Of a DNA stretch of 64,000 nt, positions 49,206-61,826 are shown one piece after another. Every line of letters begins with the position of its first letter. Positions within the stretch are counted from its first letter, which is position 1. A program made the translations under genes and the position numbers. The notes under the pieces are model-generated. The model saw only the letters and a program-made list of their open reading frames with translations, did no database searches and was not told where the DNA came from. Source of the stretch: Somniosus microcephalus (Eukaryota); contig CM126233.1 in the NCBI GenBank assembly GCA_052327205.1, positions 33,294,001-33,358,000 on the forward strand, read 5' to 3'.

Positions 49206-49662
49206 GGAAGCACTTTTACATAAACAGAACCCAATGAGTAGATTCATTTTTTAAATAAAAAAAATGATTGCACATTTTTCTGGACATGGTATCCTAGATT
49301 TTCTGATGGTCGATGGAAATCCATTCATTTTAATGGGTTACTGTTAGTGTTACCATCGTTCTCTCTGTATCCAAGTGGTAAAGAAAAATGACACTGTTTT
49401 CATGGAAAAACATTTTGTAAATCTTTAAACATTTGTTTACAAAAGTACATATACTGATGTAAATTGAGTCAAAATGCATCAATGAGTCAATTGCATGCTG
49501 CATCAGTGTGACAAAGGTGACATACAGATCCTTTCAAAGAAAAGAATGTTTGCCAAATTCTTACTGAGAGCATTAGAAGGCATGAAATAATAAAGGATCA
49601 TCACCCCAAAACGTACAATTTACACCATTAAGGATTTTACTCTACTCATTTAATCTCCCTTA

Positions 49663-50568
49663 GTGTCAGCTGTGGCTCAGTTGGCAGCACTCTCATTTCT
49701 GAGTCAGAAGGTTGTGGGTTCAAGTCCCACTCCAGAGACTTCAGCACAAAAATCTAGGCTTTTGGATGAGACGTTAAACTGAGGTCCCATCTGCTCTCTC
49801 AGGTGGATGTAAAAAAATCCCATGGCACTACAGGTAGACTATCCTTTATCCGAAAACCTCGGGACCAGCCGAGTTTCGGATAAAGGAGAATTTCGGATTT
49901 CGGAAGGTGGGTCGGCAGGGGGGTCGTGCGCACGACTTACGCTGACGCTCAGCGTAAGTCAGTCGGGGTCCGCGGGGGGGATCGGCGGTTGTCGGGGCCG
50001 GCGGGGGGGTCGGCGGTTGTCGGGGTCGGCGGTTGTCAGGGCCGGCGGGGTCCGCGGGGTGGTCGGCGGTTGTCGGGGCCGGCGGGGGGGTCGGCGGTTG
50101 TCGGGGCTGGCGGTTGTCGGGGCCGGCGGGGTCCGCGGGGGGGGTCGGCGGTTGTCGGGGCCGGCGGGGTCCGCGGGGGGGTCGTGCGCACGACTTACCC
50201 TTTATCCGAACTTCCGAAACCGGAACCCTCTAAAAACCGAAGGTTTTTTCGTTGGTACGCACGACTTACGCTGAACGAAAAAACCTTCGGTTTTTAGAGG
50301 GTTTCGGTTTTCGGAAGTCCGGATAAAGGGTAGTCTACCTGTATTTCAAAGAGGAGTAGGGAAGTCCTGGCCAATATGTATCACTAAAAAACAGATTATC
50401 TGGTCATTATCACATTGCTGTTTGTGGGAGCTTGCTGTGCGCAAATTGGCTGCAGCTTTTCCTACATTTCGAGTGGCTAAACCGCAAAAAGTACTTCATT
50501 GGTTGTAAAGCGCTTTGGGACGTCCGGTGATCGTGAAAGGCGCTATATAAATGTAAGCCTTTCTTTCT
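49663..50568 (+). mobile_element. Deu-domain SINE (SacSINE1-like) interrupted by a MITE
   Basis: A box TGGCTCAGTTGG, B box GGTTCAAGTCC, Deu core, tail GAAAGGCGCTATATAAATG..CTTTCTTTC; split at the TA at 49829-49830. Confidence 0.8.
49831..50341. mobile_element. pogo/Tigger-like MITE, family B, with a GC-rich internal minisatellite
   Basis: 22-bp TIRs CAGGTAGACTA(T/C)CCTTTATCCG, TA TSD, tandem GGCGGTTGTCGGGG(C/T)CGGCGG units at ~49965-50180. Confidence 0.88.
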
Positions 50569-51147
50569 AAAGGACAAATTCTGAATTATTTCTCCCTGAC
50601 TGTAAAGGTAATCAAGTGAAACTCCAAAGTATCAATCCATCCCCACAACCTTGGCTGGTTGCTTTCCAAATATCATTTTCATTGTTCCAGCACCATGAGT
50701 TTCCTTGGCAGTTTTGATCATATCTGTAACTCATCCTTTTAATCTTCAATCATGAAGACAATGTCCCTATTGCGAACGATAGAATGTTCGTTTCTCAAGT
50801 GAATTAGATCACATTTTAGGGAATTCAACACAACCCATCTGTGCAACTGACAGGCAACACTGCATTCTTCTGATAATTTACAACTGTGACAGCAAACAGC
50901 AACATTACTTTGTAATAATAGTCTCATCAATAGAGGGCATGAAGTCGCATCACATTCCTGAGACACTACATGTATTCACATGAATTCACACAATTCTCAA
51001 TTAGAATACTACCCAACTTCAGAAGGTTGCCTGATAAAATCATGTTGGAGTCACAACTTTAGAGATGGTGTAGAAGGAAGGGTTCCAGATTTGTGGAGAA
51101 TTTGTTTCAGCTCTGGAATAGGGAGAAGCTGTAAAGATGGTACAGGC

Positions 51148-51476
51148 TTTCCCCTGGCTAGGGAGTCTAGAACCAAGGGTCACAGTCTCCGAATAAGCGG
51201 TCAGCCATTTAGGGCTGAGATGTGGAGAAATTTCTTCACTCAGAGGGTGGTGAATCTTTGGAATTCTCTACCCCAGAGGGCTGGGGAGGCTCAGTCATTG
51301 AGTATATTCAAGACAGAGATCGACAGATTTTTGAATATTAAGGGACTCAAGGGATATGGGGATAGTGCAGGAAAGTGGATATGAGGTGGAAGATCAGCCA
51401 TGATCTTATTGAATGGAGGAACAGGCTCGAAGGGTCAAATGGCCTACTCCTGCTCTTATTTCTTATGTTCTTATGT
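51148..51476 (+). mobile_element. CR1 LINE 3' end
   Basis: FPLARESRTKGHSLRI...FFTQRVVNLWNSLPQRA plus a 3' UTR like 29610-29934. Confidence 0.88.
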
Positions 51477-51894
51477 AAATTGAACCAGCATCGATTTTCG
51501 AACAGAGAGTAAAAAGAACAATGGTGGATGATTTACACTAACAAGGTAGGGGGTGGGGAAGAGCAAATCAAAAATTTTAACTTGACAGCATGAGAGGGGA
51601 GGGGGCAGAGGGATAAAGTTGGGGTAGTGGAAGTGGAAAGTTTTACAGAAAGATGGCAAGTTAACAGTAGCAATGGGACCAATAAGTAGGAAAGCAGTCA
51701 ACCAAAGAAATTGTCTTTATACCATTACTAGGGAGGGGTGTTACAAATAAGCAGAAATCCAGATAGAGAGGTTTAATGCAGTAGTAATTGCAGACTTTTC
51801 TGCAGCCTGGGAGCTAAATATTCCAGGATATTATTTATATATATTTGCAGTTGTCCAGCAAGATTCCATGGCAAAAGTGGAACTTCACAATTTT

Positions 51895-52275
51895 GGCCTT
51901 ATGTTACCTGGAGATATGACGGTTAAGATATGATCCATTCAAGGTGTTTAAAATAACAAAGGGTAGATGGAAAAAGAATCATCTCTCTAGTAGGGAAATT
52001 CAGATCAAAGTGACATGATCTTAGAATCCAAACTAAGACAGTAAAAAGCAAATCCAAGAAAAACTTCTTCACACAAAGGGCTGCAAGACTGTGGAACACA
52101 TTGCCCCGAAAACCACTGATGCAAAGTCAATTGAGACATTTTAAAGGGCTATAGGTACTTACTTGACAAGTAAGATGGAGAAAAGGCAAGGAATTGGAAT
52201 TAAAATTACACTAACATGGCTAACAAAATAATGGAGTGTGCACGATAACCCAAATGGCAGACTACTGTTCCTATG
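51895..52275 (+). mobile_element. Ancient CR1 3' end
   Basis: Decayed KNFFTQR...LWNTLP motif and a CR1-like tail. Confidence 0.5.
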
Positions 52276-52546
52276 TTCACCTCTTCCCATACACAATTAG
52301 GAAGAGAGTAGTACAGTACACACCTCAATATAGGAAGATGCAGTTCAGCAAACATTGCATTCAGGTCAGTTTTGTAGATTGCAGTTAAACATGACTAACA
52401 AAGTAAAAACATCCCAAAATGCTTCCAGTCTGTAAAAAATATTACATGGGTATTTATCAACATGACTCATTAACCACAACATGAAACCAAGAGTAGATCA
52501 CAAGTTCACTACTGTACAATGGAACTGAAAATATTTTGAACACATA

Positions 52547-52680
52547 GGCTATGAATTTCCGCGGTGCTGCTCCCGCTCCGCTACTGTAACTTTGTACGAA
52601 GTGCGGTGGAACATGGTTTCTACTAGATTTCCAGTAATGTTACGGTGGTGGTGCGGGAGCAAGTGAGGAAATTCCCAGGC
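52547..52680. mobile_element. Imperfect palindromic MITE, possibly PIF/Harbinger type
   Basis: Ends GGCTATGAATTTCC..TGCTCCCGC..GTAAC and GTTAC..GCGGGAGCA..GGAAATTCCCAGGC are complementary; 3-bp ATA on both sides. Confidence 0.55.
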
Positions 52681-54034
52681 ATAAGCTCCCTTACTATTAG
52701 TTACTTTACTCGATAGAATACAATTGTGCATTTGCTGCTTTTGAACAATATAACTGACCTGTAGTTTTGGTAAATATGAACTACTAGTATTGGTAGAATA
52801 AGGTAGTGAACTAGCGCATTCAAGCAGACACCACTGTAAACCAATTCTTCGCATAATATGCAATTGTTATGAAATAGCCATTAATCTCTGCTTTAAGCAA
52901 GCAAGCAATTAATGTACAGGAAAAAAAAAAATCAAGATTTTCCTATTTAAATAACCTTTTCATTATTAGGGTCTCAATAGTACACATTTGGCCCAGATAC
53001 ATTCGGCCGGCACAGACATGATGGGCCGAATGGCCTCCTTCTGTGCAGTAAATTTCGATGATTCTATAAAAACACAAATCTACTTATACTAGTTCCTGAT
53101 TTAAGAAATAGTAAAGGAACTGTCAAACTGAATTTTATAAGTGCTCAGTTTCATCACTATATTCTGAAACTTGTAAATTTGTTGAAACAAATTTAAATAC
53201 TGCAGTATTCGATATGGTTTTTCCTGACCACAAGTGAGATGGTCTGCATAAAACATGAGTGATGAAGTCAGAAACCATTGCTTCTCATAAAACAGTTTAA
53301 AACCTAGTGTTCATTTGTATCTCATTCCAGGCATGGGGAAGGATGAAATTATGTTCAAATCTAGCTCGAAGTAATGGGATGAAAAAGTCTCCTCTGTCTG
53401 TAACAATTCTATGCGAAATGAATGACCGTTTCAACCCTGTTCTCAATAAGTATAGCCAGGTACCATTAAAGCTGCTCTTAATTTGGCAATAAATTGGTAG
53501 TGCCACTCAGATAGGTCACAAGGATGGTTGGATATGAAATGGAAATTGTCTGATGTCGTAGGGGCTGGGGTGAAGGCGCATTGGTGCAAGAGTTCAAGGA
53601 ATTTTAGTTTACATCTAATCCATGCTACATGCTCAATTCCAACACGCTGTGCTTAGAATGGGAAAGTGTTCCATTTCCTAGTGCCTCCATAAGTAAAAAC
53701 ATTCACTAGGCATCTGGTACCAGTTTCTGGAGTTCTGATTTCGAAGTAGAAATGATAATTATACCAGCCTTTACTGTTCCTCATAAGCATGTTCCTTGAC
53801 CCGGAGGTCAAGAGTACATTCACTGTTAGCAACCACAAGGCTGACTGCCAGAAATTGGTTCAAAATCATACGACTACAGGATAAATGCTGGGAACTTGGC
53901 AGATAAAAAAATCAATTGAGCTGACCTGACCAAACAGTACACAAGTATCAATATTGCTGAATAATTATTCTCTCAGGTCCCATTAGATCCCCAAAATGTT
54001 TTCTGTTCATAAATTTTAAACGGTGAAGACTTAC

Positions 54035-54305
54035 CAGTAGTGAGGAGAGTTTGAAGCTTGGAGAGAGGTTTACAGCAATGTATTTTTGTCATAGTGGATG
54101 TGACACTCTTAATTTATCATTGCACATCTTTTTAAAAATGTGATTGTTCTGGATTGTCATTGCTGTATTTAGAACAGACCTTTTTATTGCTGTTCTGCTG
54201 CCTGTGTGGTGCTTGTGCAGTTGCTTAATACCGAAACCACAGTTTCAGTGTTTTGCTTACAGTGCTATGCTCAAGCAATGACGAAAGAAAAAGAAAACAA
54301 AATTC
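54035..54305 (-). other. PEAK1: Candidate non-coding 5' UTR exon of PEAK1 (271 bp)
   Basis: Acceptor tctgctttttacag|G and consensus donor CTG|gtaagt bracket unique sequence upstream of the start exon. Splice-site evidence only. Confidence 0.35.
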
Positions 54306-54367
54306 CTGTAAAAAGCAGATCCGAATTTTCTCGTATGGGCTATATTTCTCATTTGTTCTCAAAGAAT

Positions 54368-54540
54368 ATGGAGTAATTGAGGCGAACAACATCGATGCCT
54401 TTAACGGCAAGCTAGATAAGTACATGAGGGAGAAGGATATGCTGACAGGATTAGAAGTAGGGTGGGAAGAAGCTTGTGTGCAGCATATACATCAACATGG
54501 ACCAGTCGGCCTGTTTCTGTGCTGTTAATTCTATGTAATT
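54368..54540 (+). mobile_element. CR1 3' tail
   Basis: GVIEANNIDAFNGKLDKYM and a 3' UTR like 41215-41375. Confidence 0.7.
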
Positions 54541-56819
54541 CATTGCAGATATGCAGAGTGGTTGCAGATTGTAATAAATGAAATCGCTATGGTAATGACA
54601 TTCTGCCAGTAAACACAACTCTGCATTTAATTGCAAACATCCCATTCTGCAAAACCCCCTTTATGGAACATACTGTTAAAACTGTCAGTACTCTCATCAC
54701 CACTATGCCGAATACTCCATGGCTACATGCACTTCAAAGTTGAAGTGCATGCAAGTGCATGCTTAGAGTACATTCTATTGGAGTCAGACTGAATGAGGGA
54801 CAAAATTGGATAGATTTGGGATGCAGGGCAATTATGTAAATTCAGGCACATTCAGTTTGTGCATCTAATCATTGTGCTGTATGACTAAAATGAACATTTT
54901 TCCTGATCAAAACTATTTTTAAATTATGTTTCTCTCTGTTGGAGTAATGAAAGTTTAGAAATCATAATCGAAATAGCAGTGTACTGAACAAGAGGATTAG
55001 TTTCTGTTGTTTTATACAAATACATCATGATGGAACATCTGCAATCAGTGGCCCTCCCCACATTTGTGACGAGTGTCCCACTGTAAACTCAAATATAAAC
55101 AATCATACTCTTCTTGTCCCTTGTGTGAAAGGAGCAATGAGCGATTGGGTGCACAGAGTAAGCAGCGTACTGGATACTAGTTTTTTAAATTCAAATTGAC
55201 GGGTTGTGTAACTCAGTGCTCACACGGAACAGAGATTAAGGGCATCACGAGCATGCACGTGTATTTCCTGCCTGCATCTTTTCCATTAGGGCACGATTTC
55301 CATGCAACCACAACTTTGGCTACGTTGAAAGGTCAGTAAGCATCACTTGGAGTAATTTATATTTGTGCTCAGTCAGCATAGCTGCTGCTGCCGCCATTAA
55401 CTACAAATAGCTTACTTCAGTTTTTAAGAAATTGGGATGATGGCATTTTGGGATTTTTAAAAAAAATCCCACACAATCTGTGGCCCCCTTACATCATCTC
55501 CTGCCTTAGAAGAAAAAATTGAAAGCAGTTATTTTTGCCTTCAGGACAATGCATTCATGTAGCTAATCAAAAATGAAAACTTGAGAGGTAGTGAGATTTG
55601 TAGGAATCAAAGACACTTCTCAAGGTACAGCGCTATAGAATATGAATTTACCAAATGGCCAGGTGAGCTACCTGAAATGTCTTCTGGTCAACTGGATTGA
55701 TGCACACTATAATGAGAAGTGACCTAAGGCATTTTAGAATCGTTTAAAGAGCCAGAGACTACATTTTGTACAGCATTTTCCACACTTGACCCACTGTACA
55801 AAATCTGCTTTTCACCGATCCAAACCAAAATTGGCTGAAGTAGTGACAACTGCGGCAGTAATCCAGTCACCAGCACAATGGTTTTTTTCAAACCAGTCTT
55901 TTAATTAAATGGAAGACATTATAGGGCTGAGATAATCAAATACATTACAATCTCAGTGCACTTATTACACATGCAGCAAGTTTCAAATGACTATGAATGT
56001 CACATTGCATAAGACTTTCAAATTAGATAGTGATGCCTGCATAGCATCATATCCGTTTCTTCCATCTGTCAGCAAATGCAGAGTGCAGTAATGTTCTCTC
56101 TGAATGAGTAGAAAATAGTAAAGTCAGGAGAAAGAGGCCATGAGCTGAACAACAGAGATTAATGGATACTTGGGTACACGTTCAATACTTTAATCTAAGC
56201 AGGGTGTTCAGAAGACTTGTAACTGCAAGAACAAAGCTCAGGTGGTTTAGAACCATGCCCAAGTTCATACATTAGATTGCAACTCAGCAGTTTTTCTTCA
56301 ACACAACATCTACAGTGTGTTACAATGCAGTAACACGCCAATGAGTTGAGAGTTTAAGCTGTACAACGAATAGAAACATAGGTTTTTTTAAAAATAAAAA
56401 TATTTGCCCATGGTGTATATATGTTATATTACAATGAGTGTATAGGTGTTTGTGAACTTGCTGCACTTTGAGGGGCAATATTTTTGATCAGTATTGATTA
56501 ATAGTATCAAATCCCGATGCATAACAATTTTTTGAAATTGAGCCCAAGATAATTAACCCCCACTCGTTGTATTTTCGACCTGTCACTAATGTTAGTGAAA
56601 AGTTAGTGCCAGTATAAAACAGGGAAGGAAGCCTGTTCATGCTTGCACCAACTTTTTCAGTAGTAATAGTGACCAGAGAAATACTTATGTCTAGCCATGC
56701 CACATAGCTAAAGGCAACTGGGCAACCTGCTATTGGGCCTCGATTGCTCTGAAGCCAGTTCCCATTCCTCTCGAGTGCTATATTTTGTGGAAAAACTCCA
56801 TATTCTCAGCAGGCTTCTA

Positions 56820-57975
56820 GTCATAGAATCGCAGAATCATAGAATCTTACAGCACATAAGGAGGACATTCAGCCCGCCGTCTCTTTGATGGAGCTGTCAG
56901 TTTAGTCCCACACTCCAGTGCTTTCCTCATTACTCTGCAAATTAGTCCTCTTCAAGTACATGTTCATTTGCCTTTTGAAAGTTCTTATGGAATCTGCTTC
57001 CACCATCCCTTCAGGTAGTACGTTCCAGATCTTAACAACCCTCTGTGTGAAAGAAATTCTCCTCATTTCCCCTCTAGTTCTTTTGCCAATTATTTTAAAT
57101 CGACAACCTCTGATAACCAACCCACTTGCCAGAGGAAATGCTTTCTCCCTATTTGCTCTATCAAAAACACTCATTATTTTGAAATACCTCTACCTTAACC
57201 ACCTCTGCTCTAAGGAGAACAATCCCAGCTTCTCCAATCTATCAAGTCCCTCATCCCTGGCAACATCCTGGTAAGCCTCCTCCAAGGCCTTGATATCCTT
57301 TCTAAACGGTGGTGCCCAGAATTGTATACTAGCCAGTGATTTGTAAGGGTTTAGCATGACTTCCTTGCTTTTGTATTCAATGCCCCTATTTACAAAGACA
57401 AGTATCCCATACGCTTTCTTAACTGCTTTATCAAGCAACCTTTATCAACGAGGGGGCTCGACAGGGTAGATGCAGAGAGGATGTTTCCCCTCGTGGGGAA
57501 ATCTAGAACTCGGGGGCATAGTTTCAGAATAAAGGGTCGCCCTTTTAGAACTGAGATGAGGAGGAGGAATTTCTTCTCAGAGGGTCGTAAATCTGTGGAA
57601 TTCTCTGCCCCAGAGAGCCGTGGAGGCTGGGTCATTAAATACATTTAAGGTGGAGATAGACAGATTTTTGCAAGATAAGGGAGTGAAGGGTTATGGGGAG
57701 CGGGTGGGGAAGTGGCTTTGAGCCCAAGATCAGCCATGATCTTATTGAATGGCGGAGCAGGCTCGAGGAGCCAAGTGGCCTATTCCTGCTCCTATTTCTT
57801 ATGTTAACTACCCTGCTACCTTCATAGATTTGTGAATATTCACCCCCTCCAGGTACCTCTGCTTTTGCACAGTCCTCAAAATAGAACTACTTCGATTATA
57901 CAGCCTCTCCATGTTGTTCTACCCAAAGTGCATCACTTCACACTTATCCGCATTAAATTGCATCCGCCACGTTGT
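56820..57975 (-). mobile_element. Decayed CR1 (minus) interrupted by a younger plus-strand CR1 tail
   Basis: Minus ORFs KAVKKAYGILVFVNRGIEYKSKEV and FTQRVVKIWNVLP; resumes after 57805. Confidence 0.75.
57447..57805 (+). mobile_element. CR1 LINE 3' end (nested)
   Basis: LDRVDAERMFPLVGKSRTRGHS... and a complete 3' UTR. Confidence 0.85.
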
Positions 57976-59671
57976 CTCCCTTCGCTGCACACTGCCACTG
58001 AAATATCCATATTGTCTATCAACCGAGTTATTTTCCTTCAAGTTTTTGTTTTGCAATTCCAAAGGTAAATTATTTTTGTTTTATTTAATTGAACAATGGG
58101 ACTGATGATAATGCACTCCTAGCGCACTGGCAGCGAGGCCACTGCTTCTCGAGTGCCGGCAGTGAAATCAGCCGGCTTTGCACGAAAATGTCAGGTCAGC
58201 TTGTTAACATTTTAACACAGTGCACAGCACATGTGGTCACAGAAGGGTTGACATTTCAAGAGCAGTAGCTGCCCTGCAATAATGATGGGGAAAAAAACGC
58301 CCTCCCATACAGTGTGGCGAAAGGAAGTACAATTCTGAACACACCTGTACCACACAACATTCAAGTTCAGAAAAGGTGGGATCTCTGATCATGTATTGTA
58401 TACTAACAGTTCTTTTGCTATGAGGCCGATTAAAGTAATTGGTGAGAAATGGTGCTGTACTTAAGATATCCGATGTAAGGCTGAGGGTAATGGGGAATGA
58501 TGCTTTATAGTTGGCTAGGATAGGGTATTGTGCCACATGTGGATATGACTGTTGAGGTTGAGTCATACAGTTCTATTACAGGCGGTCCAATCACTGGGGC
58601 TGACTGGCCAATTGTTTAGCCAGATGTGTTTTCTAGTCGGAATCATCTTCTGCAACTGATGATGGCAGATGTCTTCTGGAGCCTGCTTCATGGTAAGACC
58701 CATTTTCAGGGCAAAGTTGTGCAAAAGGCAGCAGGTACACTCATTTTGGACACCTTTACATGGCTGTACTATAACATTTCCTTTGGTCAGTTCAGACATG
58801 TGGTTATTTGCTTTAAAATGTTAATAATTTCTCAACGCGGATATGGGTAACAGTATTTAATTTCCCTCTTCCTCTTGGCTTACTAAATTGGGCAATCAGT
58901 CATGCCCGAGGTGGATAGCCTTGCTCCTCCACCCATCCATCCTGTCTTGGTGGCCCTTCAAATAATGACGGAACCACCTCGTGCCATCAATAATGCCTTA
59001 ATGGCATGTTTCGGGAACCTTTGACCATTTCTCCCATAGAAAAAGTCTGATTTTTTAAAAACCTTTAAATGTTGGTTTTAAAGCACAATTTTGTGGTGTA
59101 TGTGCCTTTAAGAGCCCCTGTGTACTGTAATGCCGGTAGTGGCCACTCGGGCTATATAAGCCTGTATAGTGTCTTGTATCTTTTAGTTCACCTCCAGACT
59201 TTGTTCAGTAAACACCTGTTAAACCAACTCCTGCATTCCGTGTCTCCATTAACACACGGACACAACAAATTTATTGACATGTTAAATAAAGCTCTGCAAC
59301 AATAGGTAGTTGAGATGCTAATGAGCTAGCTTTGATGTTTCCCCACAGACTGTAAATAATAACTAATTTATTAGCCTGTGCTGGCAATCAAAAAATATCT
59401 CAACCACGGTGTTAGATAATCGCTGATCGTATCCTGGCTGTGAACGGAGGCAGATAAAATGCAAGTGACAGGGACACAAATAGTCCATCAGGTTTTTGAA
59501 AGAGAAAGCTGCAAGGCAGTCAGATCCAGCAAAGGCTGCGAGGAGGTTAAAATGCAGGAGAGTGTAGTCAGGAATTATTCTGTTTAAGTCAAGCAAGATA
59601 ACCCACTGGTGTGGCAGCGTAGCATGATCATTATTTTGTATTATTAAGTGAAGTCAAGTTGTACGGATTTA

Positions 59672-59926
59672 AATAATAATAATAATAATAATCAACTTTA
59701 TTGTCATTGTTAGTGCACAAGTGCAGTACAACGAAATGTAGGCTTGCGGCTCCTGAGAGAGTGTACATTTAGATTAAGACATTTAAACATTCAACATACA
59801 TTTGGCTTGTAATACATTAACATAAACATAACCATAATAAAGTGCATTGGCAGATGTGCAGGCTTTAGAGTTTATTTGTGGAGTTCAGTAGGATGACAGC
59901 CCTGGGAAAGAAGCTGTTCCTAAATC
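59672..59926 (-). mobile_element. Rex1/Babar-like LINE 3' end with (TAT)n tail
   Basis: (AAT)n, then CAACTTTATTGTCATTG and GAGTTCAGTAGGATGACAGCCCTGGGAAAGAAGCTGTTCCT; family recognised from memory. Confidence 0.5.
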
Positions 59927-60574
59927 ATAACTGCTGCTCTGCACATCAATCTACTGTGAAATAAAGCAACCAAGAATTGATTTCCGACTTTGTTTTACCC
60001 AGTGTTTGTTGGAGCTGCCTTTCAGGAGAGATTGAAGAAGCAAACATTTAAAAAACATGAAGATCCAAGTTCCAATCACAAGGGGGATACTATTGTCACA
60101 CCTCTAGGTTACACTATTGTGTAGGTAGATATTGGGCAAGGTGAGTTAACTCTGGAATGCAAGAAGGGCACGGTTTGCTTATGGGAGTACCCTGTGTCAC
60201 TGACATAGCGACAGCAGAGCTTACCGTTGACATTCTGGGTAATCCAGACAGGCAATAAAAGTGCAGAGCTGCTACTACCTGTTTTTCATAGGGGAACTGT
60301 TGAACTGAGACACCCAGGAAAACAAGGTTTTTGCCACCTGCATTTTGCAAACTTAGACTGCAGCTTCAGAGATTTGGCAGATATCTCCTGCAGTTGTTTG
60401 GATCAATCCCATGGCATAAAAATTCAGCTCTGCAGTCACCTTGATTGTGACCACTTAAGCTGTCCTGTTGCTGACATGATTTTCAGGTGTGGCTGCAAGA
60501 GTGTACAAAGTTCAGTAATGACCTCCTTGGGAGATCATAGTCTCCACAAACAGATTTCACCCAACATATCCAGG

Positions 60575-61826
60575 TACACAAAGCTGGGTGGGCATGTCTG
60601 CTGTGAGGAGGATGCAGAGAAACTCCAGGATGATTTGGACAGGTTGGGTGATTGGGCAAAAGCATGACAGATGCAATATAACGTGGATAAATGTGAGGTT
60701 ATCCACTTTGGTGGCAAAAACAGGAAGGCAGATTATTATCTGAACGGCAATAGATTGGGAGAAGGGGAAGTGCAACGAGACCTGGGTGTCCTTGTGCACC
60801 AGTCGCTGAAGGTAAGCATGCAGGTGCAGCAGGCGGTTAAGAAGGCAAATGGTATGTTGGCCTTCGTAGCAAGAGGGTTTGAGTACAGGAACAAGGATGT
60901 CTTGCTGCAGTTGTACAGGGCCTTGGTGAGACCACATCTTGAGTAGTGTGTGCAGTTTTGGTCGCCTTATCTGAGGAAGGATGTTCTTGCCATGGAAGGA
61001 GTTCAGCGAAGATTCACCAGGCTGATACCTGGGATGGCAGGAATGACGTATGAGGAGAGATTGGGACGATTGGGCTTGTACTCGCTGGAGTTTAGAAGAA
61101 TGAGGGGATCTCATTGAAACTTATAAAATTCTGACAGGACTGGACAGACTAGATGCAGGAAGGATGTTCCCGATGGTCAGGGAGTCCAGAACCAGGGGTC
61201 ACAGTCTAAGGATAAGGGATAAGCCATTTAGGACAGAGATGAGGAGGAATTTCTTCACCCAGAGCGTGGTGAACCTGTGGAATTCTCTACCACAGAAGGC
61301 AGTAGAGGCCAATTCATTAAATATATTCAAGGAGGAGTTGGATACAGGAAAAGTTCTGATATCCGGCACCGACGGGACCGGCGTGTTGCCGATATATCAA
61401 AACTGCCGGACATGCAAAGTTAACGTTGAAGCATACAGAGATGAAAATCTCCATATTTGATAACAAACACTGTTGCTCAGCAACAGCTTGTAAACACTCG
61501 GCCCGTACCTTGGAAGCGTCTCTGAAGCTGTTGCTAAGCTACAAAGACGCTTTCCAGAGCCTGCCTGTTAAAAGAATGCTAGGAGAAGAAAAAAAACCTA
61601 ACCAAAACGGCTGCTGATTTCTGCTGTTAGAGAGTGAGGTTTCCGGCCATACAACCTCCGGATAAACCAAAGTTTCCTGTATATTTCTTACGGCTAAAGG
61701 GATCAAGGGGTATGGGGAGAAAGCAGGGACTGGGTACTGAATTTGGATGATCAGCCATGATCGCATTGAATGGCGGAGCAGGCTCGAGGGGTCGAATGGC
61801 CTACTCCTGCTCCTATCTTCTATGTT
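60575..61826 (+). mobile_element. 5'-truncated CR1 LINE interrupted by a MITE
   Basis: TKLGG..QMQYNVDKCEVIHFG..LYRALVRPHLE with stops; collinear with 21858-22527 apart from the insertion. Confidence 0.92.
61345..61679 (+). mobile_element. pogo/Tigger-like MITE, divergent family A variant
   Basis: CAGGAAA..ATATCCGGCACCGACGGGACCG ... CCGGATAAACCAAAGTTTCCTG. TA duplicated relative to the empty site in the CR1 copy at ~22371-22390. Confidence 0.9.

Noticed and set aside
49663-49735. tRNA-like sequence with A and B boxes
   Set aside because: SINE head: it runs into the Deu core, has no clean cloverleaf, and has an inverted homolog at ~37360-37427.
49822-50297. Gly/Arg-rich ORFs of 66-150 aa
   Set aside because: Produced by the GC-rich tandem array inside the MITE.
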